The translations under genes and the position numbers were made by a program. A stretch of DNA of 63,979 nt, the filler included, from Basidiobolus ranarum (Eukaryota), in NCBI GenBank assembly GCA_040143965.1. It is 4 parts of 4 records of this genome, joined end to end, with 100 filler letters (N's around TTAATTAATTAA, not from the genome) between each part and the next. Parts side by side here need not be neighbours in the genome. Positions count along the whole stretch, not along the records: positions 1 to 16,108 come from JASJQH010007229.1; 3 more parts are not named here. One strand, written 5' to 3'. Each line of letters starts with the position of its first letter. Positions within the stretch are counted from its first letter, which is position 1. Shown one piece after another: positions 1 to 13,275 of this stretch. The notes beneath the pieces were generated by a model. It ran no database searches. It was not told the origin of the DNA and was given only the letters and a program-made list of their open reading frames with translations.

Positions 1-262
1 GAAGATGAAAGTATTAGAGTTACATAACACAGAAGATGTGTGCTTTCTTAATATTAGCAACATCAATAGCTTGAGTACTTAAAAAGTGGTAGATCAAAAA
101 AACATTTAAGGTAATCAAAGCATCGTTTTCTTGGCTCATTTGGTCATTTATAATTATTAAAATTGCGGATCAGCCACGAGTTATAACATCTGATTACTCT
201 GTAAATGCTGATGTATTTACCTTCTTCCCACCTTGTAAGTCTTTGGCTTTCCAATACTCGAT

Positions 263-1675
263 ATGACAACCAGCGAAAGGGAATTGCGCTCTACTGGTCC
301 AATGGAGAATTGGTCAGTTAGTCGTCATTTAGAGGATTTCTATTTTGGTGTTACTTCTTTCGTGAAACTTTCTTCACCAACCTCTAAAGTGACTCGAGGT
401 TTACTTCATGGAAGATTGGTAGAAGCAGTAAAAGAGACTTTCTGGTCCAACTTTAACTTTAGAACCACCATAGATTTCCCCTCTGGCAAATTCTTAACTT
501 TATCCCCAGGTGAAACTCCAATAGATATCACTTGGTATGAAAGAAACGAGGAAAATGCTATCGACTCCGTGCTAGAGGCTGAAGTAAATAAAAAGTTTCC
601 AGATGACCAACCACTCTGGAGAGTTTGGGCAGTTGCATCTGATGTTGAATTTGAAACCTTTGAAATTGGAGTTACTGTACATCACGCCTTTGCTGATGGT
701 CTCTCAAGCGCGAATCTGTTGCACACTTTTATACGCGCCTTTCTAGCATCCGAGAAAGAGGAGACTTCTCTTTCGGAAGGCCCAGTTATTATTACATATG
801 ATCCTCATACAGATGCCCAAAAGAACGAATTATCGAGCTCTGTTCACACTATTCTACCAAATTCCAAACCATCTATAGGAGTACTTTTGAAGGAAATAGC
901 TACCAAAATTCTTTTACCCAAGTTTCTTCGTCCCAAGGACATGTACTGGAGTGGAACAAAAGATTTAGATCTACAAACCATTCAACAGATATCTGCCAAG
1001 CCTAAACAATATCCTACTAAAATCAAATCATTATCCATTCCGCTTGACTCACTTTCTCAAAAATGCAAACTTCACGGGACTACTATCCATGGGGCTCTCT
1101 CAACTGCAGCTATACTTGCCACTCATGTGTTCAAGCCAACACAACCATTAAAATTCGCTACACCTATCAACCTTCGCTCACATTGCGAACCGCCCTTGTC
1201 AAATGATAGTATTGGAGTGTACGTTTCCGAATTATCCACCACTCACGCGCCACCTAAAGAAAATCCAAATTTGGAAGAGTTTTGGCCTATGGCCATACAA
1301 TTCAAAGAGCAACTCAAAGGTTCGCTAGAGCCAGCCATATATACTATTGGGTTAATGGAGTATATATCGGACTTTCAGAAATTCTTACACACGGAAAGAG
1401 ATTCCTTAGTTCATGTAAACGGACACAAAGGTAGTCTAGAAATATCCAACTTAGGAAAGCAAGATTGGAAGGATTTGCCAAAAACACAGTTTGAAATAGA
1501 AGAACTTGGCTTCGCTCAATCTACTAGTGTATTGAGCCCAGTGTTTACCATCTCAGCGATCACTTGGAAGAATTCATGTAAACTAATTTTGAGTTACCTT
1601 TTAGATGTGAATGAAGCAGAAAAAGTGACAAAATTCTGGACTGAATTCGAAACTATACTTCGTTCTATTTCTTAA
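263..1675 (+). CDS. Alcohol acetyltransferase / CoA-dependent acyltransferase (condensation-domain fold), intronless
   Basis: 470-aa ORF with HHxxxDG motif (HHAFADGLS), PINLR and C-terminal EISNLG motifs typical of the Atf/condensation-like family. Confidence 0.8.
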   Translation: MTTSERELRSTGPMENWSVSRHLEDFYFGVTSFVKLSSPTSKVTRGLLHGRLVEAVKETFWSNFNFRTTIDFPSGKFLTLSPGETPIDITWYERNEENAIDSVLEAEVNKKFPDDQPLWRVWAVASDVEFETFEIGVTVHHAFADGLSSANLLHTFIRAFLASEKEETSLSEGPVIITYDPHTDAQKNELSSSVHTILPNSKPSIGVLLKEIATKILLPKFLRPKDMYWSGTKDLDLQTIQQISAKPKQYPTKIKSLSIPLDSLSQKCKLHGTTIHGALSTAAILATHVFKPTQPLKFATPINLRSHCEPPLSNDSIGVYVSELSTTHAPPKENPNLEEFWPMAIQFKEQLKGSLEPAIYTIGLMEYISDFQKFLHTERDSLVHVNGHKGSLEISNLGKQDWKDLPKTQFEIEELGFAQSTSVLSPVFTISAITWKNSCKLILSYLLDVNEAEKVTKFWTEFETILRSIS

Positions 1676-3116
1676 GTTACTTGTCTATATTTATTAGTAA
1701 CTTATAGTCAATAAACAATCTTGAAACATGAATTCTAGGAGGATTATAACCCGAAATAATCTAATGGTATAGTTAAATTAGATTAGCATTGCTTATCAAC
1801 TTGATTTACTGTTGACTGGAGGAGTGTTCGATTTCTTGACAGAAACTGGGTGGATTTTGGGGATTCTGGTTGCTTGGCGCTTTGCATGTTGTAGCATAGT
1901 TCTTACGGTGCCAATTTTGAGTAACTGTTCGATTCGACGACTATCATTGCTAACTGTGGATAGCGCCCTTCCCAGTCCATGAGTCATTGACTTCTTAAAA
2001 GTAGCCGTGAAATAGATTCGCTCTACTGACATCATAGTTCAGATATCTATCGTGGTGTGGGAAAACGGGATAATATATAGATTTTCTCCATAAAAGAAAC
2101 TCGATAATAACAATAGTAGAGCTTAACCCATTGGTTAGAAATATCATGAAATCAACAAATCGGATTGGAATTGCCATTATGACAACCAACATGTGCATGT
2201 ACTAATATCAAATATAGTATCTTTCGAATATTGGTTCATTTCATGCACTAATGTAGATAATTAATACATGGCAGCAAAGTAACTACTGGAATTAGTTTAA
2301 GGTTATGGATTGTCCTAACAAAAAAGACCCAGACCCCAACCCGCTTACTTTCCATGCCGCTGAACGAAACAGGTCACAATGTAGATCAACAGATTTATTT
2401 GAAACTAGACACCAATCAGTAGCCTCAGCCGAGTGGTGGGCGTTAGGGACAGATCTGGGACCCGTTGTTAAATCTTGGCTTACTCATAAAACCACACCAA
2501 ATTTGGAACAGGTTGGAATATCATGGGTCCCGCTAATAGTTTTCCATTGGTCTCTGTTTGATACATAGGCTCAGTCGCTCCTGGCAACCAAGTAAACTAA
2601 TAGCATAATTGGATTGCAATATCCGGTCAACTACAGTACGGGTGCTGTTGCTTATTAGCTGAAGTGTTATATTAACTGAAGCGTTATGCTACAAACGTTA
2701 TCGTGACCCGACTTGCTGAACAAAGTAGGTTGTCGTTGATGATGGAGTGAAGGTTGTCAGCGAATGAATGACTAAATATAGATATCGGTGTTGCTTAATA
2801 TGGAAATCTTTGATTGATTGTTCCCTCGTTATTATTTTCATAGTCAATATCCACGACCTCCTAATATCGCTTTGTACTACATTCCTCAACTTTCCATTCA
2901 TCGGCAGGTGTTCTTTTCAACTGGGCTTGTACTGCTTTACCTGATTTTTATTTCATTTCCTTTATCTTAGCAGTCAACAAACTCTCTCTGCCTTTTATTT
3001 CACAGCAGGGTTAGACAAGAAAACGTGTATCTTAGCTACCTTCATTTGCACTTAACTCATTGTACCATTTGTAAACTCATACGTTGCCTTCTATACCCTA
3101 TCATATACCACATACC

Positions 3117-5907
3117 ATGGCTAAACCACCAAAGTTTATGCTAACTTTTGTCCTGTTTGCTCTTTCGTTAGTTTCAAATATATTTGGACAATTGATAGCA
3201 CCTCGCTTAAATGCAGCAGCTTTTGAGGATGGCCGGACCATCTGGACACTCGCTCGTTATACAGACTATAATGCATATCAAAGTATAGTCCCACAAACAG
3301 CCGAGGATTATCAGAAAATGAAGTCTTACACACTTCCTGACGTAGCTTTATGTTACGATATCAATCGAAAGTTGTTATTTAGTCTAACAAATCTTTCGAT
3401 CGTCTTTACTGACGAGAACTCGTTATTCTTTGACTTGCTTAACGGGGACATTGCTCATTTGTATGTCCCCTTACAAAGCTCGCAACTGAACGTTCAAATT
3501 TATGATAAAAATGGCAACCCTAAAGGTCCATCCAAGCAACTCTTTAACGTTCTCAGCTTTTCTGCTGCAGTTAGTGAGACTCAACCAGCAACCATATTGA
3601 TAGCCTATTATATCATTGATGGTTCTACTGGTTCAGCTATGTACAGTTTACTGAATAATAATGGAGAGATCGTAACCAATTCCACTTTGATCGCATCCAA
3701 AGTATTTACCAAGACAAATGATACTAGCTACCAGCCAAGTATTGCTGCTTCATCCACAGCCGACGGGAACTTCCTGGTCAATTGGAATGGAGGGATTAAC
3801 AATCCTGTGAACAATAACAACCAATTGATTCGTGCTGCATATATACAACCAGGCAAACCGATTACTCAGGCATTCATTGTAGCTATGTCCAACACGAATG
3901 GTTTCCTTCGATTAACCAAGTGTGGTACCCTAAGAGCTGGTGATGGCCATTACTGTATTTACGATCAATGGAGTGCCGGTTCTGGAGCTATACGCTCATA
4001 CTCTTCCTATATAACGGAATTCTCGTTCACTGGAGCGAGATACGACACCCCAGCCACCATTGTTTCTACACAAAATGTTAATACCAGTCAGATCTTTGAG
4101 ACTCCCATTTCTGTACCCTTGCCTTATGGCGGAATGGTAGTAGTCACTACTATCCCTCAAAGTGGCCAGAGAGTATCCAATTCCAGCCTATTTAATCGAA
4201 ATTTCATTAGTCAACCGACCAATCAACTTCAGATATATTACGGCCCATTGGCAGTGCTTCCCAAGACGAACACTGTGCTCAGTCTAGCGGCGGTAACTTC
4301 CAATGTTACCCAGCCTACAGACTGGGTTCTTGAGAATTGGATGTATAAAGTGATTTCCCAAGACGTTCCTAAATTTTTACCAGGTAAATAGGTACAATTT
4401 CTCTACACAACTGACTTGATTACTAATATTTGGATTTTGAAAAAAGATGCGACTGTCGGTAACAATCCTACCATCAACTCTACCCTTCCTTCTTCCAACG
4501 ATCAGATTAAAACGAATGAGAATACTCTTTCGATTACTTTCTTTCAGAACGACTATCGATATGGTATAGGGAACATCTCTATTTACTCTTCTGCGTATAG
4601 CCAATACCCCCGAGAGATCATTCCCGTGATCCCAAGCTCCAACCAACTCCCTAACCCGTACATAGCCAAGGTGTCCTCTTTTACCTTCAACACTCCTGCC
4701 ACTGACTATTGGATCACCATTGATGGAGGTACTTTTAAAAGTTCTTCCAACGAACCATTGATGGGGCTTCGTAACGGGGACTGGCAATTTAAAACCACCT
4801 CAGCTGTTGGCGAGTTCCCAGACAAGGACGACATTACGCTACAACTGAGGTTGCTGCCATCAGCGCAACCCAGAGATCATGATTCTACTAGCCAAACTCT
4901 CAGCAAAGAGCTATCGTTGATGATTCCAGTGGAATCTAACCGTATATCCTGTAGATATTTGAGAGCAGACCACGGAGGAGAGATATACCAAATAAGTCTC
5001 CAACGAGCACATTCTTCCAATGGAAATAATCCAGCCAGTGCATTACTTGATTATCTCAACCAGATGATCGTCAAGAAGGACACCAGCGTATTAAGTGGTG
5101 GGGATGCTACCAAGTATATCGACGCACAGTTTGGTGCGCGAGTTGAAGGTTTGTTATAGTTAGAAGAGCTTTAATTCATGTAACGAGACTTATTTCTCAT
5201 TCAATGTAGAGAACATATTCTCCAAGAACCGGAACATTTTTATTGCTGGAGGAGTGGTGATTGTGGTATTGATAATTCTTTATGGAATATGTCATCGCCG
5301 GTTCCCCGAGAGCAACAATATGATATTATTCATACTAGCGGTTTCGTTGTTTAATTTTATAGCCTATCTGATGTTTGTAATCTTCAACAGCGCAGATGTT
5401 CCGTATCTTCGGGTTCCTTCGATCATCTTTCTGATATTACCGTTTGCATTTTACATGCTTAGTTCCACGATGATTATTGTGAAGGAAGTGTCAGAAAATC
5501 CTGCGTTTCTCAAGTGGTTTTCACGACGTACGATGATCACCACCATGGTTTCATTATTAGCATCGATCAACCCGGTACTTCTCAATATTCTTCGGTCGAG
5601 ATTTGCTGGATTCAATGACCTAGATGCACCATTTTCCGACACCGTTTCGAAAAGAATTTTGTATTGTACAGCGATTGGACTGGTACTTTCCGATCTTCCA
5701 CATTTAATTATTCAGACATTATTTAAATCATCGAATGGATATTTTACTTTATTTCCCTTCCTCTCTATGGTGAGTAGTATACTTGGTATTCTCTTTTCTA
5801 TCATTGGACATATCTACAATCATTTAGCTTTTAAAAATCACTCAAAGATGAAATCGAAAAAAGGTTGGGATGAGATGAATGACACTCAAGTTGAAATAAA
5901 TCCTTGA
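3117..5907 (+). CDS. Large membrane protein: signal peptide, long S/T/N-rich ectodomain with an Ig-like segment, ~5-6 C-terminal TM helices
   Basis: Three ORFs joined in frame by GT-AG introns 4384-4446 and 5149-5209; hydrophobic N-terminus after ATG 3117; YWITIDGGTF Ig-like strand; multiple hydrophobic segments in 5254-5907. Confidence 0.75.
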
Positions 5908-6496
5908 GTGGTTGAGGTTGTGGTTCATTCATTTTTAGTATTCCATCCTCCCCCCTTTATTTCTCCATTTGTAATTGATACCCTTTTTCTTACTTGTGTC
6001 TATTTTTCAATAATCATTATACACATAACCACACATCAAATTATCTGCCAATTTGTTCGATGTTTATTTGGATTTGGATGGATCATTATGCATATATGTA
6101 CTGAATGAATTATTCATGCTCAATGTATTCTAAATACGCCATGAAATTCAACATAATTTGTGTGAATTCCGAGAAACAGTTCAGAAACTTTATTAGAAAA
6201 GATTCAAGAATCCAATCTTAACCCAATTCAAATCCAAAGCCGTAGAGCCAGTGGAGTTTACTGTGAGGGGAGAGGGGGAAGGAAAGAAGAGAAGAGAAAG
6301 AACAGAATAAAAATCATTCTGATATGCAATAAGTCTAAATAAAAGTGATGCTATTTCAAGGGATTTCTTGGATGAAAGAGATACGAGAGAAAGATATTGA
6401 AATTTTAGTGAAAAGCGTTTTATGTAGAGAGAAATATGGTTTGAAGGAGGGTGAGGGAGTGGGAGTGGGGAGAGAGATGAAATAACTTATTGAAAC

Positions 6497-7135
6497 TTAG
6501 AAACGTGCTGAAGCGTTAGCACGGTTAGCAAGAACCAGTTTATGAAGTTGTTCCTTTTGTTTAAGGATAGGACTGACTCCGTTAATGATAGAAAGTACTT
6601 CGGCACTTAAACGAAGTGGGAACTCTCTCTCTGGGCGCTTTTTCGCGGCGTCCAAGAGCCAAACGAACGCTTTTCTTCTACGTTGACGTTCGTTCAAAGG
6701 TTTAGGTACTTGTATTACTTTAGTACCACGCTTACCTGACTTGCAAACCATCAAAGGACTGGCCATATCAACCGCCGCAGTGAGAATTTCGTAAGGGTTA
6801 GCGTTGGTCTTTTGACGGATATCAATAAGTGCACGGGCAACCATACGTTGAGCCATAGCTTTCTTACCATCACGCATGATGGTATTGACTAGGTGAGAAA
6901 GTAAGGGATCTTTAATCATGATGGAACGGTCATTCTCAGTAATTTTATCGGTTTGCGCTAAACTCGCAATATCCACTGGGACTTCTTCGACGACCTGTTG
7001 AGTGCTAGGTGTCTCAGCTTCGGTGGAATACCTGAAACGAGCAACCAAGTTACTTCCCAAAATACGAGAAGTGGGAGTTTGAACTAAACTGGCGAAGGAA
7101 TTTCTAACCGTTGGAAGAAGTGAAGTGCTCAACAT
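6497..7135 (-). CDS. RSM7: Mitochondrial ribosomal protein uS7m
   Basis: LVNTIMRDGKKAMAQR, VPKPLNERQRRRKA and LHKLVLANRAN uS7 motifs; R/S/L-rich presequence from ATG 7135. Confidence 0.92.
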   Translation of the reverse strand: MLSTSLLPTVRNSFASLVQTPTSRILGSNLVARFRYSTEAETPSTQQVVEEVPVDIASLAQTDKITENDRSIMIKDPLLSHLVNTIMRDGKKAMAQRMVARALIDIRQKTNANPYEILTAAVDMASPLMVCKSGKRGTKVIQVPKPLNERQRRRKAFVWLLDAAKKRPEREFPLRLSAEVLSIINGVSPILKQKEQLHKLVLANRANASARF

Positions 7136-7420
7136 ATTTCCTTTTTTTTGTCTCAAGTCCAGAAAGAAAGAAAGTAAGTAAGTAAGCTACCAAGTATACT
7201 AAGGTTTTGGAGAACACGAACCAAAGGGAGATAGGTTAGCCGTTTATACCAAACTAACTTTGATAAAATTTCTTTTCCACCGATTTCTTACCTTCTGAAA
7301 GTAAAAAATTTACGGGTATCTTAGTAAGTACCCCCTTTTTAAATAACAAGTGGTGGGTGACTAGCTGGAAAGTGGATTTTATTTAATGTAAACTAGTTAA
7401 TTTGATGGATCAAGCATAAA

Positions 7421-10350
7421 TCAAGATGAGAGATAGTGGTAGACTGTGGATCCGGTGGCGATATCTGTACTACCAATCATAACCTAGATAGATATCCAAG
7501 TAAGAATAGGTAAAGTTGAATGCAATCGAAATCAAACTTACCGTAATGTGACGATTAGACCGAGCAACAACCTCGCGGATAGTTCGTACTTCAGTGAAGG
7601 TGATTCCACCAATAACAAATATAATCATGACTGGATGGTGAGCGGGATGAGGCGAGGAAACTTTGAGCAGACGGCTAGAAATAATCATTGTCAAAATACA
7701 TTGGATTTTCATTGCTATGTTGGAGTATCTTCAAACCTGCGAAAGCCAGTCATTACTCTACCGAGAGTACCACGAGGAATGTATTCCAATTCCTCAGGCA
7801 TGTCTTGGTCTAACATGGCAGTGGTAAATATATCACTCACCACCTGCTGTATTAAACAGCTGTATGGCTGTTGCGCGGCTGGCTGATACAATACCCTATA
7901 CAGAGATTTAGTACGAATTACCACTGTAGCTCCCCTGGAGTGCATCGTTACACCTACCTATAACGAGAGAGATGGTTTCTCACTTCGGAGACGTTGTGTA
8001 AGTTCCGGAAGATAGTCTCTAGCCATCCTTCGATGATCAATTTTCTCTCCCAAGATCTTCGCGATTGCTCTTCTTCACTAAACTCAGCAAGATCCTATTT
8101 AGTGAGTTAATGGGAGTTAGTCAACTAGGTCTTGCTTAAAATACAAAGTACATCTAGCACACCTCTTTCTCTAAAATTCCTGGTACTTCTCCTTGATTCA
8201 TGATAGCCTGGAGAAGTTTGTCTTGGAACAGGACTTCCTCATCTTCTGAAATATATAAATCATTTCCACCTAGAGAGTAAGCAAATGCCAAGGTAGCCAA
8301 AACGTCTTGTATAGAGAAATTGGTTTTGCTTCTTCCAAGTTTTTCTCCACTCTTCTTTGGTAATATCTCCGCGAAATGTTGAATCAAATTGGTAGACTGT
8401 GGTGACTCGGAGATGCTCAATGCCAAAATCTTCTGAACTCCAAATAATTCATCCCACATCATTTTTGGACTAAAGAATGGGGCTCAATGGATGCGTACAC
8501 TTGACAAGACATTGAATAAATGTTAGACATACCTTTCTTTTAGTGTATCTACAATAGCTGCTATTAACTCTAGTAGATTCGAGTATTTTTCTAGAGTTTC
8601 TTCGTTTTCTCTGATTCCACTGATAAGACGCATGAGTTGAATCGGCGTTACTTTACCAATTACCTAATTCAGAGAGAAGGTTAGCCTTGTCGGTGACGTT
8701 ATTGGTGGCGAGGGGTGTTACCTTGGGAACTTTGACGTTGATATTTTCTTCCGTGATGATATCAGCAAGTCTCTGCCTGTGAGTACAAGAAGAATATATT
8801 ACATCATGTCGGTCTAAATAAAAGTTAATGCCGGTATGTTACCTAACAATATTAAGGGCTTCTTTTTGCGTTGCCATGATAAGCTCGTCCATTAATGCGA
8901 TGCAATCGGTGTCCATTCCGTGTGCTAAGGAACAAGGTGGCTCAACATCTTTCTCTGATAAGTGCATAAAGTAGGGTCAGCACAAATTGCTTTGAGATTG
9001 CGAAAACGATTTGCCAATACCGAATGTGCTTACGCCTTTTTTAGAAGTCAAAAATTCGGGTTTAATATCTACGTCAAGTGAGTCGGGAGTTGGCCTCTTT
9101 AGAATCGAGTAAACCTGGTCCAGTATGTTATCGGAGCGCATAGATGGCGCAACCAAGTCTAAGCTCTAAAGACAACAAGGTGAATACGGTCGATCTACAG
9201 TTTGTGTATCTACCATCAAGTAAGTTTACTACATACTCGGTCAATAATAACAACTGAAGCAGTGTTGTCATAATGCTTATTACGATCTACTGCAATTGCC
9301 TGTCTGGCAACAAATTTAGCTGCCTCTCCTAAAAACGAAAGTTTGTCAACTTGATGGCCAGGCAGTGATCTGTACGAAAGTTCAAACCAAGTGCAAAGTA
9401 TTCTCCTTTGAAGTGTAGTACTTCTAAAATTGCCGCCAATGTGAAGGCCAATTTTTGTAATTCTTTCTGTTATAGGATTTGGAATGGTTATGAGTTACCT
9501 GACCTGACCAACAGACATATTCTAGTAACTATGTAAATTTACCTTTGTAGCGGGATCAGTGTTGACCGTCGTGGGTCTTGTCAATAAGGGAGAGTTTTCT
9601 GTTCAGAGCAGCGTTTTAGCTTGATGTGGCAATGGAAATAGGCGTATTAGATGGCAATTTTAGATGAAAATGGATACCTGGTGTTGCTGGTTTTAAATAT
9701 GGTATACTTTGTGTGAAACCAGGGAGAAGGAAAAGATCATGAGTGATAGAAGCCCATAATATAGGAGCAAAGCTGACTTGAGCAATAGGTGGGAAGGGAA
9801 GCTCACGATCGGTAGTCATCCATTTACGCATCCTAACTGCAAAGTCTTTGAAATACTCTCCGTCTAAATTCTCTCGATATTCATAACCTGCTTGTGGTGC
9901 CTGCATACGTTCAGGAATCGCCGTATATACCTCACTTTGCCAATAAGTTCTTGCTCTTAGGATGGTTTTTATTTGTTCTTCGTAGTTTGAGAGTACGGAG
10001 GATAAAAGGAAAATCGCCTTTTGGGGGTCTTCTTCACTAAACGTAGTATATTTGTAGAAATTAATTTATAAACCTTTGAGGGAAAATTCAGAAAGATTTT
10101 ACTTGAAATCCATAACTATATCGTCTTTGTTGTTTATGATATCCGCTTCTTCCGCTAGACTTTTAATATTAACTGCACCATTTTCTAATAGATTTAAGGC
10201 ACCTCCGGGACAAGACCATTTCATCATTTGAGTGGTAGCATCATCAGTATAGACCACAGACCCTTCAAATGCAAATTTGAATGTATCCCAAATGTTCTTT
10301 GAAACACTATACAAAGGTCCAGGCTCTGAATGATATGATGTTGGATCCAT
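7421..10350 (-). CDS. SCFD2: Sec1/Munc18 family protein, SCFD2-like (multi-exon)
   Basis: Sec1 motifs VVIIDR..LDLVAP (9257-9150, across an intron) and IIFVIGGITFTEV...IGST near the stop at 7421-7423; many short GT-AG introns; N-terminus (VYTDD..MKW..GG..LL..GA) resembles SCFD2 more than Sec1/Sly1/Vps33/Vps45. Confidence 0.7.
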
Positions 10351-10672
10351 CCTGTTGTAAGATTTTGTTGTGTATACACCGTAGTCGAACTTAGAACACA
10401 AAAGAAAGCCACCCAAGTTGATTATAAAGCTGTCTGAATAAAATCAATGTATATACAGTTAAGCATGATTTAATTGGGAATTTCAGTCAAGTGTAGGTAT
10501 GATAAATTTAGAGCAAGATCAGCCAGGGTTGGACGGATTTCGCATTGTCAAATACGGTAGCTAAGCCCAACTTAGCCCAACTTCTGAAGAAGCATAAAAC
10601 CAAAGGCAATAAAGAGTTGGGTCACTAGCATCAGAAGCGAGAGGGGTAAAAATCTACATACATTACTCAACC

Positions 10673-11316
10673 ATGGCGACGTTTAGACACCCGGAGACCT
10701 GTTGTTTCTTCTTCAAACTACGAACTGGGAGCATAATTATTGTCGTAATGCATTTGGTAACTCTACATTTCTTAATCATGCTATACCACAGGCTAAATTT
10801 CATTCCATTTCTAGATGTTCGGGCTCCTATTTAGCGCTTTCTCCATAGCTGCATTAGTACATGCTGATACGGTGCTAGAAACACTATCTCGATACGCTCC
10901 TAATCTCACGCGTGATGCTTATTTCACATCGATATCCATTGCCTTTGGATCACAGCTTGTCTGCACAGTCATAGCTATTGTTGGGCTTTATGGCGTGATA
11001 AAGGTAATCCCGGTCACAGTGGACTTTGGTTGTGCGAGGTTACTAATCTGTATCTACTTAGAGGCGTCCAGCGATCCTAACTACATACCTAATCTTTGTG
11101 GGAATTACTATTTGTTTGTACATTGTAACCTTAATAATATATATGACGAATCATCTCTGGTATTGGCAAGTATCAAGCGGCAATGTAGCGGGAATAATTT
11201 TGCTAACCTACTTTTTCACCGTGATATGGAGCTACCGACACCATATTAAAGAGAAACATATGATCAGCAAGCTCTCTTCTCCTCACCTTCACCCCTACTC
11301 GCGTGCGAATATCTAA
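10673..11316 (+). CDS. Small four-TM membrane protein of unknown function
   Basis: ATG 10673 (MATFRHPETCCFFFKLRTG, CC..LRTG N-terminal motif); introns ~10757-10814 and ~11003-11061 join the hydrophobic ORFs at 10815 and 11098. Confidence 0.65.
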
Positions 11317-11750
11317 TACTCTCATATAAAATCTACGTCTTTGAATTCTCCAACTAGCTATATATATATCCCCCATCTTGAAATCTATTTTCGAATTTTG
11401 TAATTAAAAACTTTGGAATTCTATCTTTACCTGCGTCTTTCATCCGAATCACCCGAGCACCACTCACAATAATGACGAGATTTGAAATCCATCCGCGAGC
11501 ACGTGACGATTTTCAGTAAGGCAATGTTTCACGCACAGATGAAATGGGAACAGTCATGGATATAGCTCCTAGTGTTCATAGAACCTGTATATATAGAGCG
11601 ATATCTATTACTTCATTATTTTCTTAGCCCTCAAGTAAAAAACTGCTCTAGATTCTATTAGAAGCAAATAGAGGAACTACCCCTTGCCCTATATCAGGCA
11701 AGTCAACTCTCTCCAAACGAAATTTAAGAGCGTAGAAGAGAATAGACAAC

Positions 11751-12869
11751 ATGGAGGCCTCCAAGTACCTTCTTGAGAGATTTCCCTCCCATTTAAGGTT
11801 GATTCATAGATTTCGCTCGACATTGGAGCTAAAGAGAACCTCATACAGAAGTTTGACTACTTTTGTAGCAGATAGTATGACACCACCAAAAAGTAAGCCA
11901 AATCCGTTGAACAGCTCTGGTGAACAAAGTCAAGTAATTCGAAGTGAACCCACCATTCCAGCAAACACTTTTTATCGACGTACATTACCTTCTTGCTTGA
12001 CTTCATTCACTTCTGAAGAAGGGAAGAAGATCTTCAAAGAAAGTGTATTTCAGGGATATGCTGAAACATATTTTAGCTTAGCGAATAATTTCACCACCCA
12101 ATCTGAGCCTGCCTGTAAGTAATTCCATTTCACTTATTCCATATTTTCCTTTTTTTCTCATTTAGTTATAACCCTTAGATTGTGGTCCCAGTTCATTAGC
12201 AATGGCGTTGAATGCTCTTGAGATCGATCCGTCTAGACGGCGAAAAGGCAAATCAAGATGGTATAGCGATGAACTGTTAGAAGGTTGTGCACCTAAAGAA
12301 GAAGTGAAGAGAAAAGGGATTACTTTCAATCAATTCTACTGTATGTAATTTTTTTGTATCTACACTTTGGTTTACTGCTTTGTATTTATTCTATCTCATT
12401 ATTCAGGTCTTGCAGAGAACCACTGCGATGTATCGGCGAAGCGGGGTGATCAAGTTACGTATGAAGAGTTTGTAGAGGACGTAAAACGGGTGAGTTCCAG
12501 TGGAACTGAGCATATGGTGATCTCATTTTCTAGAAAAACATTACAACAAACCGGTGATGGCCATTTCTCCCCACTTGGTGGTTATAATATCGAACGAAAG
12601 TTAGCTCTAGTCCTGGATGTAGCTAGGTAAATATTGAGTCTTTAATATATGGAAATTCATCACTGTATGCTAATATTCCATTCAGATTTAAATATCCTTG
12701 TTATTATGTTCCCATTGACATGCTTTATGAATCCCTCAAGCCAATCGATAAGACAACGGGCCAATCTCGAGGATATTTCTTATTGAAAGCCAGCGAAAAA
12801 CTAAAAAGCCCCAACTTCTTAGGCTCGTGTGGAGCAACCTGCGGATCTACTGGTTCTTGTCATATATAA
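11751..12869 (+). CDS. PCS1: Phytochelatin synthase (glutathione gamma-glutamylcysteinyltransferase), catalytic domain only
   Basis: Spliced motifs TQSEPAYCGPSSLAMALNALEIDP (catalytic Cys), QTGDGHFSPLGGY (His), LVLDVARFKYP (Asp), TGQSRGY; stop at 12867-12869. Confidence 0.92.
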
Positions 12870-13275
12870 AGATGTCACTGAGGCATTCCTTGTATTCACT
12901 AAATTTGTAACTAGGAAGTTACACTATTTTGTATACACCATATGGGCCGTACTTCTAGATATTACGCCTTTCTTCAACCTTTCAGTACCATCGTTTTTAT
13001 ATAACCCACGCGGCATTTCTCACATCCATCCACTGCATTCCATGCATTCACCTCTCCAATGTAATGATATATTAAACCTGGTGTTTGATCCAAATAACAT
13101 TTTCTTAGATTTATTTGAATTAAACCAATTTTAAACTAGTTAATCTGCTACTGTGGATGTAACCCCATTTGATCAGGGCCTGGAGGTGAAAATTTTTGAA
13201 TATTCACTAGTCGTTGATAGTCATTAAATTGGTGGTTCTTTCCTAACCGAAGATATCGAGAGTTACTTTTCCAAT

